Below, piece by piece: positions 33,401 to 43,383 of a DNA stretch of 48,141 nucleotides. The notes under the pieces were generated by a model, which made no database searches, had not been told where the DNA came from, and saw only the letters and a program-made list of their open reading frames with translations. The position numbers and the translations under genes are program-made. Position 1 is the stretch's first letter. Each line of letters begins with the position of its first letter. Origin of the DNA: Bacillota bacterium (GTDB lineage: Bacteria; Bacillota; Clostridia; TANB77; CAG-508); contig CAWVJB010000038.1 in NCBI GenBank assembly GCA_963929525.1, positions 1 to 48,141 on the forward strand, read 5' to 3'.

Positions 33401-35516
33401 TATAAAAACAATACCTTTGCATATTGAAACATTAAGCCCAGGTGACTCATTAATAAAAAAGTATATGGTTAGAGTGGAAAATGTAAATCAAGTTATAACC
33501 AATATCATTGATTTAACTTATGGAGAAATGCAAAAACAGTCTAATACAGTAACATTAAATGTTACAAAAGGAGATTTAACTATAGAATTTACATCTACAC
33601 ATGCAGGATACGAATTACAAGCAGGAAATGGTTATTTATATCATTCTTTTGTAAAAAATAATACAGAAGATACTTTAGAAAATATAAATGTGGCAATCAA
33701 TATTGGAGAAGCTCAAATAACATCTGCTGAAATAGAAATTGTAGATTTAGAAGGAACTTTAATAGAAAAAATAGAAAAACAAGTAGAAGATAATGCAGTG
33801 ATGATATCAAAATTAGAACCAAACCAACAGATTTCAATATCTTTAGATATAGTCACACCTGTTTTTGATGATACCAATAGTAAAGACATACAATTATATG
33901 TTTCAGCAGAAATTAATCATGAAACATATTATTCTAATTTAAAAATTTCAAAAGTTAACATGTGTGCATTAAAAATAGTAAATACTTCAGAAAATAGCGG
34001 AGAATTTGTGAAACAAGGAGATAGTGTTGTATACAATATACAAATGTCTAATTTAGATGAACAAGATATAAGTAAAGTATCATTAAGAGATTTTATACCA
34101 TCATATGTAACTGTTCATTCAGTAAAATTGGATGGAAAAGAATTAACAAAAGATGTAGATTATTCTATTCTATTTGGTGAAAACAATCAAATGTTTATAT
34201 CTACGAAAGAAACGACTTTATTGGTTGGACAAGTTTTAAATTATGAAATTACAATAGATATAAATGATTATGTGGGAAATGAAGAAATTATAGAACTTGA
34301 AAATGTAGCAAGTATATATAGTAATTCTGTAAAAGTTGATAGTGCAAGTGTAACACACTTGCTAGAAGTAGATGCAAATAATCCTAATTACCCAGATAAT
34401 CCAGACAATCCAGACAATCCAGATGATCCAGATAATCCAGATAACCCAGATAACCCAGACAATCCAGACAATCCAGATAACCCTGAACAAGTATTAAAAG
34501 TAATATCTGGAACTGCATGGTTAGATGAAAATGGTAATGGACAAAAGGATGAAAATGAAGGACTACTTTCAGGAATTACTGTAAGAATATTAGATGTAAA
34601 AACAAATCAAATGCTCACGGATTCTGATGGAAAAGAAATTACAGCAACAACAAATAATAATGGTTTTTACACATTAATTAATATACCACAAGGAGAATAT
34701 ATCGTTATATTTGAATATGATACAAGTAAATATATGTTAACAGATTTTGAAAAAGAAGGTGTTAACTCACAAAATAATTCTAAGGTTATTAATAGAATGC
34801 TAAATATTGATGGACAAAATAAAACAGTTGGAGCTACAGAAACTATACAAATTCAAGATAGAAATGTAGCAAATATCAATATTGGTTTAAGAGAAGCAAA
34901 AATATTTGATTTACGATTAGATAAATTTGTAAGTAGAATTATTATACAAAATAATAAAGAAACTATAACAAAAGGATATAATGATAGCACACTTGCAAAG
35001 GCAGAATTAGATGCAAAATTAATTAATAGTACAAATGTTATCGTAGAATACAAAATTAGAATAACAAATGAAGGTGAAGTACCAGGATACGTAGGTAGTA
35101 TTGTAGATTATGTATCATCAGAATATCAATTTAGCTCAGAATTGAATAGTAGTTGGTATGAACAAGATGGAAAATTATACAATACAAGTTTAATGAATGG
35201 TGAAATAGCACCAGGTGATACGAGAGAAGTTATGCTAATTTTAACAAAAAAAATGACAGAGACATCAAATATGGGATTAATTAGTAATACGGCAGAAATT
35301 CATGAAAGTTATAATGCTTATGGATTAAAAGATGTCGATTCTATAGAATCTAACAATACTCAAGGTGAAGATGATTTAGGAAAAGCAGATGTCATTTTAA
35401 GTATAAAAACAGGAGGACCTCTTATGATTGGGGGAATTATTATCTGCTTAATGATATTTATTGGAATTGGAATATATGTTGTCATAAAAAAATATTACAA
35501 AAAAGAAATAAAATAG
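30489..35516 (+). CDS. Giant secreted surface protein, type A2 (paralog of A1)
   Basis: ATG 30489 after AGGAGG; colinear with A1 (GIYRD-EKDI, DLYKNP, EIPENLEYN, ISG-AW-DENGNG, FDL-LDK-VSRI); IKTGG-TM-KK tail. Confidence 0.8.
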   Translation: MVKKILKSMTSMLIVLTMIMGQVVFIFTNAITYAADATGAITTNNKNVEFSAVVQKEDGREAREMEVATNEDNLKLHMQVTVKEEGYFTGTIVLDTANFRLKTDILSEGITKIEGNTITLSQINAGETRDIFVGIEIIREEVFDLSLLNMESQIHINGIYRDSSEKDIQIEGTREIKLTYISPYHQDNNGNILKQEMITNKVITENGINKRIIQMEVESGLEGNLYPIQEEKMEIEIPKVEEKLPERVEVHTMKELVTNGKTLQENDWEYQAEEGKVVIDIKNEANQNKVIWKNNGTNKILITYIYDTEMEVESQEVGLHSEKILYDPNHTVITGDFQQTMIQEELDNIIRLEVQNRENDIYKGKIQEGIEREFTEEIGVQITAKEITNTIQIEEDNSELHLQNVYARKTVLNKEEINTILGETGTILIYNADTLETIATIQQNTKTDENGNILSAEEAEAMESTETEKTSNYIVITYPENIARVGLQIENPQNAGSFKIENTKVITGNTKENVQSVENMNYIVGGKYFIGEQENMIQSKMATIQLINTETVAKLEVNKTELSTMTENTGVEIRVVLQSNHEKYDLYKNPTISIQLPNVVQGISVNSVNLLYAEDEFQIVNPEFSQEKRIIRMTLEGEQKEYEEEAVEGPTIIINANLTLDKKAPNSTEKILLQYSNEKATTYEMGAQTGEKTVDIPVKSYTGLITVTDIPEYGINAVNNQGTKSGKIELGSEAKSATFEGEIINNHETPITDVKIMGTYPTKEANEGNNIDAQVGEISGVDLSKAKVYYTDNQQATDDIGDTNNGWTEQFTNPSDVKKYLIQIDTLDIKEEINYQYMMEIPENLEYNYTAKQGYEVNYLDINSMEQTINQDEVVLETGAGPVVETTLKAFNGPEEVTDSIKGGSYLTYQIQVTNTGTEEATNISLVGQVPEGTVYVEDVVIEEGSETSGEDSIIDGETENSETGLIEHPDIKTIPLHIETLSPGDSLIKKYMVRVENVNQVITNIIDLTYGEMQKQSNTVTLNVTKGDLTIEFTSTHAGYELQAGNGYLYHSFVKNNTEDTLENINVAINIGEAQITSAEIEIVDLEGTLIEKIEKQVEDNAVMISKLEPNQQISISLDIVTPVFDDTNSKDIQLYVSAEINHETYYSNLKISKVNMCALKIVNTSENSGEFVKQGDSVVYNIQMSNLDEQDISKVSLRDFIPSYVTVHSVKLDGKELTKDVDYSILFGENNQMFISTKETTLLVGQVLNYEITIDINDYVGNEEIIELENVASIYSNSVKVDSASVTHLLEVDANNPNYPDNPDNPDNPDDPDNPDNPDNPDNPDNPDNPEQVLKVISGTAWLDENGNGQKDENEGLLSGITVRILDVKTNQMLTDSDGKEITATTNNNGFYTLINIPQGEYIVIFEYDTSKYMLTDFEKEGVNSQNNSKVINRMLNIDGQNKTVGATETIQIQDRNVANINIGLREAKIFDLRLDKFVSRIIIQNNKETITKGYNDSTLAKAELDAKLINSTNVIVEYKIRITNEGEVPGYVGSIVDYVSSEYQFSSELNSSWYEQDGKLYNTSLMNGEIAPGDTREVMLILTKKMTETSNMGLISNTAEIHESYNAYGLKDVDSIESNNTQGEDDLGKADVILSIKTGGPLMIGGIIICLMIFIGIGIYVVIKKYYKKEIK
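34392..34487 (+). repeat. 9-bp tandem repeat encoding a (PDN)x10 linker
   Basis: CCAGAYAAY units with synonymous variation and one PDD unit. Confidence 0.95.
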
Positions 35517-35526
35517 GAAAGGAGGT

Positions 35527-38500
35527 ATGAACATGAAAGAAACAATAAAATATATCATTTTTAATATTGTCTTAATGGTTATTATGGTATTAATATTATT
35601 TATTCCCAATATGTCAGAAGCCTTAACACAAGAAGAGGGACAAGAAATTTGGGCAGAAGAAATGCAATATTTGGATAATTTAAAAAATTCATCAGCACTA
35701 TTACAGGATAATAATGGTAGAGTGAATATCCAATATGGAATGTTACAATTGAGAAATGATTTGTATTGTTTAGCTCGTACATATCATTTCCATGGTTTGA
35801 TGACATTTGAAAATGTTAAATATATGAGAATTAATGGAAAGACCATAACAGATTATACCACTGGCAGTGCAGGTACATCAGTGACACATGATGATAATGC
35901 TATTTTAGCATATATTATTGCTACTGATGGAGGGCATGGCCCATGGTTAGGTGGTGCGAATTCAGATCTGGATAATGCAAATAATTTTTCAGAAGCTCAA
36001 AATGCAATATATAGCTTTATAAATACATGGTTTACAGATGTGGGTCAATATTATGGAATGGCAGGATGGGTAGATAGTAGTAATAATTTTGCACATAATA
36101 GTGTATATAATGAAGCGGTCAATTATGCAAATTCTTTGAATACTATTTCAACACAAGCTTCTGCTACAAACAATACAAATAAAAATAATATTAAAGTTGT
36201 ACATTATATAGGAGAAGACAATAGTCCATATATAAAAGTAGGACCATTTAATTGGACATTTACTGGAAATTTAACATCTGTTAAAGCTATAGCGAACAAT
36301 GAAGAAATTTCTTCATTAAAATATTTTAAAGCAGATGGGCAAACGGAAACAAATATTTCTGGAATAGAATCAAGTCAAAATTTTTATATAGCATTTAAAG
36401 CTGATACGGGAATTACAAAATTAGATGAAGTTACAGGAACAGTAACAACTCCAGGAGGAAGAGTTATAACGGCAGAAATATGGTTTTTTCAACATATTCG
36501 TAATGAAGCACAACGTACGATGATGGTTGCCCATGATGAAACACAAACACCAGATACAGTTGCATCAGTACCTCCAACTGAAGATATTACTATATCTATC
36601 GATTTTTCTGTTTTAAAAGTAGATGAAAATAACAATCAAATTACATTACCAAATGTAGGATTTAAATTTTATAACAAAGAAGTTGGAAAATATCTAAAAG
36701 AAAATGGAACAAGTATGCAATATGTCGATACAATAGAAGAAGCAACAGATTTTGTAACAGATGAAAACGGAAGAATAGAATTAAATAATGTTTTAGTTGG
36801 TACATATATAGCATATGAAACTGTCAACCCTCATTATGGATATGTTGTTGATGGAAGTGGAAAAGAAATTATTCCATCTAACGGACAAGAAATTCTATTA
36901 CCAAACCAAAAGCAAACAGGAAACCTAACCATTCAAAAGCAAGACGCAGACAATCAATCTATTAGGTTACAAGGGGTACAATTTAGATTAAGTGTAGAAA
37001 ACACAAATAATCCAATACCAGGATTTATGGAAGGAAGAGGAGATATCAATCTTGATGGAATCTTAGACCAACAAGACATAGATTTATTAAATAGCTATCT
37101 AGCAGGACGAGTTAACTTAAATGCAGATCAAATGACAATGGCAAATGTCAATGGAGATAGAATCGTTAATACAGATGATTTGAATTTATTAAGAAGAAAA
37201 ATAGAAAACATGGAATATGTTGTAGGACTACAAGAAGACGAAAATGGAAATCTAGTACCGATTGGTACAGCTAAAGGAACCATACATTTTGATAGTATGA
37301 CAACAACCAAAAATGCAAATGAAGCTACTATTTTTGAAACAGATGAGCAAGGATTCATAAAAATCTATAATATATTAACAGGTAAATATGTAATACAAGA
37401 AACTTCTGTAGGTAACAATTTTGGTTATGATTTGGATCCAAACTTTATTTCATGGGTAATTACAAATAGTGATGGAGCACAATCAACAGTGAATTCATCA
37501 ACAGCAGCTGCTGTAACAGTTGTAAGACAAACATCTACAGATACAAGCGATTCTTCAGCAGAGCAAGCAACAGGAGGCAGTGATCAAATCACAGTAAACA
37601 ATAGAAGAAAATATATTAAGATAAGAGGATATGCTTGGGAAGAAAAGACAGATGGTAAAAATAGTACCAAAGATTACATATGGAATGAAGGAACAGAAGA
37701 TAAAAGATTACAATATATTCCAGTAAAATTGATAGATGAGTTTGGAAATGTATTAGCACAAACTGTGACAGATGCAAATGGTGAATATGTATTTGGTAAT
37801 TATGATGAAAATGCAAATGCAACCAAAATAGAAATAGATGATTTAGTAGCATCTTATATTGAATTTGAATATAATGGTATGTGTTATCAATCTATTCCAA
37901 CAAATGTAGATTTTATTAGATATAATGGAAGCAACACAAATACATATACAAATGAAAATAGAAATACAGCAACAGATGAAGCTTCAAGAAATGAATTTAA
38001 TAATAATTATGCAATCATTACAACTGGAAATCAAGAAAATACAGCAGATACAAAATATAATACATCTGCAGGTGGAAATGAATCTTATGATATCAGATAT
38101 CATTATGATGCAACCATTCATGAAAGTAATGTTATTTACGGTGATGATGTTCGATACGGATATGAAGGACAAACATATCCAATTGCACAAGTAGATCCAC
38201 AATATGCAATTAAAGCTGTTACACAACAACAACCATATAATGCACTTTGTACACAATTGACTGCAGAAGATATTAGAAAACAATCTGTGGAAGAAATTGC
38301 AGGGTTAAACTTAGGTGTAGAAGAAAGAATTATGCCAGACTTATTACTAATAGAGGATATGGAAAAAGTAGATATGAGTCTACAAGTTTCAGAAGATGAA
38401 AATTATACACATACATATTATTATAATCAAAGATTTGAAGATCCTGCTAACTATGCTGGTGGAGAACAAATTAATGCAAGTGTCAAATTTGCTAATAAAT

Positions 38501-40623
38501 ATATAGAAAATTCATATTCAAGAGATGTATATTCATCAGATGTTAAATATAATCAACAACCTGGAAAAGAAGGATCATTACAAGTTTATATAACTTATAG
38601 AATTAGAGTGGTAAATGAATCATCAACTGTTCATACAAAATTAAATAGTTTTGCAAATTATTATGATTCAAGATATAGTGTCGTTAGTGTAAAAGATTAT
38701 GCAGGTAGAGATGTTAGATACCTTCCAGATGGTAGTTACAATTCTAGTGCAACAGAGTTAAATAAAATTATGATTACACCAGAAGCAGGAAATTATCCAA
38801 TCATACCAGCTGGACAATCAAGAGAATATACGATTACTTATCAATTAAATAATGATGCGATTAATTCTCTTTTAAATGAAACATTAACATTAGAATCTGT
38901 TACAGAGGTTACCTCATATAGTTCTTATAGTGATGAAGCAGGGCAAAATGTGTATGCTGGAATTGATCAAGACTCAGCTGTTGATACAACAGAACCATCT
39001 GTGATAGAGGAAAATGGAAATAGAAAAATCAGTATTGTTGATACACTAGAAGATGATACAGATAAAGCACCATCATTAATTATCAACCTAAAAGAAGGCA
39101 GAATTATCAAAGGTACAGTTTGGGAAGATAGTGCGATAGAAGATTTACTAAATAATGAAGGATATGATAAAGAAAGAAAAGGTGATGGTATTTACAATAA
39201 TGAAAATGTAGTAAAAGATGTTACAGTAGAACTATTAACAGTTCAAAGTGATGGAACTTATGCACTGGCAGATTTATACCAAATAAAAGGTAACGTCTGG
39301 GATCCTGAAGAAAAAGTTCCTGCTACCATGAATACAAATGATAAAGGAGAATATGAATTTAGTGGTGTGATACCAAGTAGATATGTTATCAGATATACAT
39401 ATGGTAATAACAGTATCATTGTAAGTCCAAGTGGAGAACAAATAAAAAATGTCGAAGTAGACAAATATAAATCTACCATTTATCGTGGTGGTAATGTAGA
39501 AGATGAGAATATTTATTGGTATAGAGAAGAAACAGGATCAGAGGCTACAAGATATTCAGATGCAAAAGATAATGATGAGTTTATCCAAGCTAGAATTACA
39601 CCACAAGACAATATTACTTATGAAACAGTTGTAGCAGAAAATCAATTAACAGAAATTCAAGCAGATACAGCACAGTTTTTAGTTTCACTAGACTATGACA
39701 TTAATCAACCAGGCTATACGATGTATACAGAAAGAGAAAATGGTAATGGGCTTAAATTTATATTTGATAATGTTGATTTTGGTATTATTGAAAGACCAAA
39801 ACAATCACTAGAACTTGAAAAACAAGTATCAAATATAACCATTACATTAGCAAATGGAAGTACCTTGATTAGCGGTGATCCAAGAACAGATCATTTACAA
39901 GGTGTAAGAGTATTAGATAATGATGAGGTCTATATTGAATTTGATAATGAAATTATACAAGGTTCTACATTAAGATTATCTTATGAAATATCAGTAGATA
40001 ATAGAAATTGTGAAATTGATTATGATGATGAAAATTACTATATTTATGGACATGTGCCAGCTAATCATGCAAATTATAAAATTGCAACTGTTGTGGATAT
40101 GTATGATTATTTACCAGAAGAATTGATGTTACAACAAACAGACGGAAATAATTGGGAAAGAATAGATTTGGGTGAGAATCCAGAAGAGATAAGAGATAAA
40201 ATTCTTGCAGACCCAATATATGAAACCGTAAAAGATTATCAAAATGTAGTGCATTTAGTAAATCCAATATTCGAAAATATGGAACCTGGTCAAAGAGTAG
40301 TAGATAATAGTTTGGTAGTATCAAAATTATTGTCTGTTGCAACAGATGACTTAACATATGAAAATGATATAGAAATTGTTAAACTAAAAGGAAGGAAGAC
40401 ATATGATTCTATTCCAGGAAACTATGATCCAACAACAAATGAATCATATGAACCAGGAACAGATACTTATGGTGGAGATGAATTAGATGATGATTATGTA
40501 CCAGTAACTATTACGCCACCTTATGGTGAAAATAGAACATATTGGATGCTTGGCATTATAGGAATTACAGCTTTAATCATTATCGGCGTAGGTGTTGTAA
40601 TTATCAAAAAGAAAGTATTATAA
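35527..40623 (+). CDS. Giant surface adhesin, type B2 (paralog of B1, with an extra SpaA-like domain and a dockerin insert)
   Basis: GGAGG RBS; LYCL, AQNAIY; IKVGPFNW-F-G shared with B1; dockerin-like GDINLDG...NVNGD; TPPYG-TM-KKK tail. Confidence 0.8.
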   Translation: MNMKETIKYIIFNIVLMVIMVLILFIPNMSEALTQEEGQEIWAEEMQYLDNLKNSSALLQDNNGRVNIQYGMLQLRNDLYCLARTYHFHGLMTFENVKYMRINGKTITDYTTGSAGTSVTHDDNAILAYIIATDGGHGPWLGGANSDLDNANNFSEAQNAIYSFINTWFTDVGQYYGMAGWVDSSNNFAHNSVYNEAVNYANSLNTISTQASATNNTNKNNIKVVHYIGEDNSPYIKVGPFNWTFTGNLTSVKAIANNEEISSLKYFKADGQTETNISGIESSQNFYIAFKADTGITKLDEVTGTVTTPGGRVITAEIWFFQHIRNEAQRTMMVAHDETQTPDTVASVPPTEDITISIDFSVLKVDENNNQITLPNVGFKFYNKEVGKYLKENGTSMQYVDTIEEATDFVTDENGRIELNNVLVGTYIAYETVNPHYGYVVDGSGKEIIPSNGQEILLPNQKQTGNLTIQKQDADNQSIRLQGVQFRLSVENTNNPIPGFMEGRGDINLDGILDQQDIDLLNSYLAGRVNLNADQMTMANVNGDRIVNTDDLNLLRRKIENMEYVVGLQEDENGNLVPIGTAKGTIHFDSMTTTKNANEATIFETDEQGFIKIYNILTGKYVIQETSVGNNFGYDLDPNFISWVITNSDGAQSTVNSSTAAAVTVVRQTSTDTSDSSAEQATGGSDQITVNNRRKYIKIRGYAWEEKTDGKNSTKDYIWNEGTEDKRLQYIPVKLIDEFGNVLAQTVTDANGEYVFGNYDENANATKIEIDDLVASYIEFEYNGMCYQSIPTNVDFIRYNGSNTNTYTNENRNTATDEASRNEFNNNYAIITTGNQENTADTKYNTSAGGNESYDIRYHYDATIHESNVIYGDDVRYGYEGQTYPIAQVDPQYAIKAVTQQQPYNALCTQLTAEDIRKQSVEEIAGLNLGVEERIMPDLLLIEDMEKVDMSLQVSEDENYTHTYYYNQRFEDPANYAGGEQINASVKFANKYIENSYSRDVYSSDVKYNQQPGKEGSLQVYITYRIRVVNESSTVHTKLNSFANYYDSRYSVVSVKDYAGRDVRYLPDGSYNSSATELNKIMITPEAGNYPIIPAGQSREYTITYQLNNDAINSLLNETLTLESVTEVTSYSSYSDEAGQNVYAGIDQDSAVDTTEPSVIEENGNRKISIVDTLEDDTDKAPSLIINLKEGRIIKGTVWEDSAIEDLLNNEGYDKERKGDGIYNNENVVKDVTVELLTVQSDGTYALADLYQIKGNVWDPEEKVPATMNTNDKGEYEFSGVIPSRYVIRYTYGNNSIIVSPSGEQIKNVEVDKYKSTIYRGGNVEDENIYWYREETGSEATRYSDAKDNDEFIQARITPQDNITYETVVAENQLTEIQADTAQFLVSLDYDINQPGYTMYTERENGNGLKFIFDNVDFGIIERPKQSLELEKQVSNITITLANGSTLISGDPRTDHLQGVRVLDNDEVYIEFDNEIIQGSTLRLSYEISVDNRNCEIDYDDENYYIYGHVPANHANYKIATVVDMYDYLPEELMLQQTDGNNWERIDLGENPEEIRDKILADPIYETVKDYQNVVHLVNPIFENMEPGQRVVDNSLVVSKLLSVATDDLTYENDIEIVKLKGRKTYDSIPGNYDPTTNESYEPGTDTYGGDELDDDYVPVTITPPYGENRTYWMLGIIGITALIIIGVGVVIIKKKVL

Positions 40624-40697
40624 GAATGAATCGTTTCATATAGGAAACATTAACAATCATCTTACTATACACAAATGATGGAGAAAATACTTTTTAT

Positions 40698-40736
40698 AAA
40701 AGAAATCTATATAGCTTTTATATAGATTTCTTTTTT
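40698..40736 (+). terminator. Intrinsic terminator of operon 2
   Basis: AAAAGAAATCTATAT-7 nt-ATATAGATTTCTTTTTT. Confidence 0.7.
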
Positions 40737-40901
40737 CTATATATTGCTTTTTTTGACATTCTGTAATAAAATAAAAAACATAAAAAACAAAAAAAGCAAA
40801 TAAAAAAATATATAACATAAAAAAACAGTATATTCTGTAAAAAAATTATTTGTTATCACTTACTAAAAAAGACAAAAACCACGAAAGACAAGGAGTAAAA
40901 T

Positions 40902-43355
40902 ATGGCATATAGATTAGATAAAGGTGGTATGGTGAATATGTTTCAAAATATAAATGAATATATCGTACAAGAAAGAAAGAAAGAATCAGTTAGTAAATGG
41001 TCTGACGTGTTCAAAAAAAATAATATAATAATGTATATTTTATCTTTTATGTTATCATTAGTAGGTGTAGGATGGGATTTTTCATTATTTAGTATTAGTA
41101 TATTGGGGGCATGTTTTTCATCCTCCATTCCACTGATAGGTGTCATAGTGGTATCATTCATAGGGAATATCATAAAATTTGGTGCAGGAGGAGGCTTGGA
41201 ATATTTTTTAACAAGTCTTGTATTTTTTATAAGTTTATTTATCATAAAACCAAGATATAATGAAGAAGAAAGAAATGAGAAAATTAAACTAGGAATCAAT
41301 ATTTCTATTAGTGTTTTTCTTATACAAATCTTAAAATGTGCTTTTTCTACATTTACGTTTTATGATATATTATTAAGTATTACCTATACAATTATTACCA
41401 TTGCATTTTACAAAATTTTTGCAAATTCTCTATCTGTGATTGAAAATTTTGGAGACAAACAAGCTTTTTCTATAGAGGAAGTGATAGGGACAAGCCTTTT
41501 ATTAGCGATAGCTGCAAGTGCTTTTTCAGATGTAACTATTTTAGGCTTTTCCATCAGAAATGTCCTTAGTATTTTAATTGTATTAGTATTAGGTTGGAAA
41601 AATGGTGTGTTAGTGGGAGCAACTTCAGGAGTTACCATTGGTGTTACATTAGGAATTATTACAGGAGGAGAACCTATTATCATTGCAGCATATGCTATTT
41701 CTGGAATGGTTGCTGGAGTTTTAAATCGATTTGGTAAAATTGGTGTGATTGTTGGTTTTTGTATTGGAAATGTGATACTTGCTTATGCATCTAATGGATA
41801 TACAGTGGAATTGATTTATTTTAAAGAAATATTACTTGCCTCTATTGTTTTGTTAGCAATTCCAAAAAATATTCGTATTGACATAGAAGAATTTGTAGGA
41901 GGTTCAAAATTTTTACCAATATCAAGGGAACGAGGCTTAGCTAAAGAAAAAGAAACGGTTGAAAAATTAAACAATGTATCTGAAACCATCAAAAAAATGG
42001 CAAATGCTTATGCAAAAGATACAAAACCTCAATATACAATAGAAGAAAAAGAAGAAAACAAGCAAATATTTTTAAATGAATTATTAAATAATTTAGAACC
42101 ATATCAAGACAATTTACTATATGAAGATATTGCCAATGTGGATGGGAAAATTGTAGATAAAATATTTGATTTGTTATTAGAAAAACAAGAAATGGAAAGA
42201 GAAGATTTACTAAAAATCTTTGCAGAATGTAATAGTTATATTGTTGGTTTTGATGATAAAGAAGTGAGTAAATATTTAGAAGAAAACATTTTGCAGATTT
42301 TAAGAATTGTAAATATTTCTTATAAAGTTAGCAAAAATAATTTTGTTTGGAAAAGAAAACTAGAAGAAAACAAAAAAAATATGGAAGCACAATTAAGAGG
42401 TGTTTCAAAAGTAATATCTGGGATTGCAGAAGATATCCAAAAAGATACGGAGAAGCAAAAAGATTATGCAAAACAAGAAGTAGAAATTGTGGAATTATTG
42501 AAGCAAAAAGATATACAAGTCAAAGATATTCACATAGATAAAAAAGATCGATATATTATTTATCTAAATGTTGAGGAAGTAGAACATAATTCAATCATCG
42601 AAAATATTCTTACCAAAATTATGAAAGAAAAAATAGTATTAAATGAGGAAAATTCTACAAACTCAGAATTGGTATATATTTCTGATGACCAATATGTGAT
42701 TGGATTTGCAACAGCAGATTCTAGCAAAAGTCAAAGCGAAGTTTCTGGAGATAATTTTATCAATACAAGATTAAAAGATGGAAAATATGTTATTGCACTA
42801 AGTGATGGAATGGGAACAGGAAGAAAAGCAAATGAAAGCAGTATGCAAGCTTTAGCGATGTTACAAAATTTATTGAAATCTGGATTTGATAAAGATAGTT
42901 CTATTGAATTAATTACATCTACTTTGATTAGTAAAAATGAAGAAATTTTTGCTACACTAGATGTAGCGATTATTGATTTATATAAAGGAACGATGGAATT
43001 AATAAAGAGTGGAGCTTGTCCAACATATATTAAGAAAAATAAAAAAGTACAAATCATAAAATCGAATTCACTTCCAGCAGGAATGATTAACCAAGATAAT
43101 ATACAAGTATTTGATACAGATATACAGAATGAACAGATTATGCTTATGTGTACAGATGGTATATTGGATTCTAATATAGAATATAAAAATAAAGAATTAT
43201 GGATAAAATATTTACTAGAAGATATTGAAACAAAAAATACAAAAAAAATTGCAGATATTGTCTTAAATGAAGCAATTGATAATAATTTTGGAAAAACAAA
43301 AGATGATATGAGTGTGATTGTCTGTAAGTTTATGAAAAAAGATGTTATGATATAG
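40902..43355 (+). CDS. spoIIE: Stage II sporulation protein E (membrane PP2C phosphatase)
   Basis: About 10 N-terminal TM helices; VSGD, ALSDGMGTG, FATLDV, KSGACPTY, CTDGI and DDMSV PP2C motifs; about 800 aa. Confidence 0.9.
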   Translation: MAYRLDKGGMVNMFQNINEYIVQERKKESVSKWSDVFKKNNIIMYILSFMLSLVGVGWDFSLFSISILGACFSSSIPLIGVIVVSFIGNIIKFGAGGGLEYFLTSLVFFISLFIIKPRYNEEERNEKIKLGINISISVFLIQILKCAFSTFTFYDILLSITYTIITIAFYKIFANSLSVIENFGDKQAFSIEEVIGTSLLLAIAASAFSDVTILGFSIRNVLSILIVLVLGWKNGVLVGATSGVTIGVTLGIITGGEPIIIAAYAISGMVAGVLNRFGKIGVIVGFCIGNVILAYASNGYTVELIYFKEILLASIVLLAIPKNIRIDIEEFVGGSKFLPISRERGLAKEKETVEKLNNVSETIKKMANAYAKDTKPQYTIEEKEENKQIFLNELLNNLEPYQDNLLYEDIANVDGKIVDKIFDLLLEKQEMEREDLLKIFAECNSYIVGFDDKEVSKYLEENILQILRIVNISYKVSKNNFVWKRKLEENKKNMEAQLRGVSKVISGIAEDIQKDTEKQKDYAKQEVEIVELLKQKDIQVKDIHIDKKDRYIIYLNVEEVEHNSIIENILTKIMKEKIVLNEENSTNSELVYISDDQYVIGFATADSSKSQSEVSGDNFINTRLKDGKYVIALSDGMGTGRKANESSMQALAMLQNLLKSGFDKDSSIELITSTLISKNEEIFATLDVAIIDLYKGTMELIKSGACPTYIKKNKKVQIIKSNSLPAGMINQDNIQVFDTDIQNEQIMLMCTDGILDSNIEYKNKELWIKYLLEDIETKNTKKIADIVLNEAIDNNFGKTKDDMSVIVCKFMKKDVMI

Positions 43356-43383
43356 TAGAGGTACTTAAAAGGAGGCAAGGATC

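Noticed and set aside
21229-40623. Surface-protein block as a prophage, ICE or genomic island
   Set aside because: No integrase, transposase, att-like repeats or obvious compositional shift were seen.
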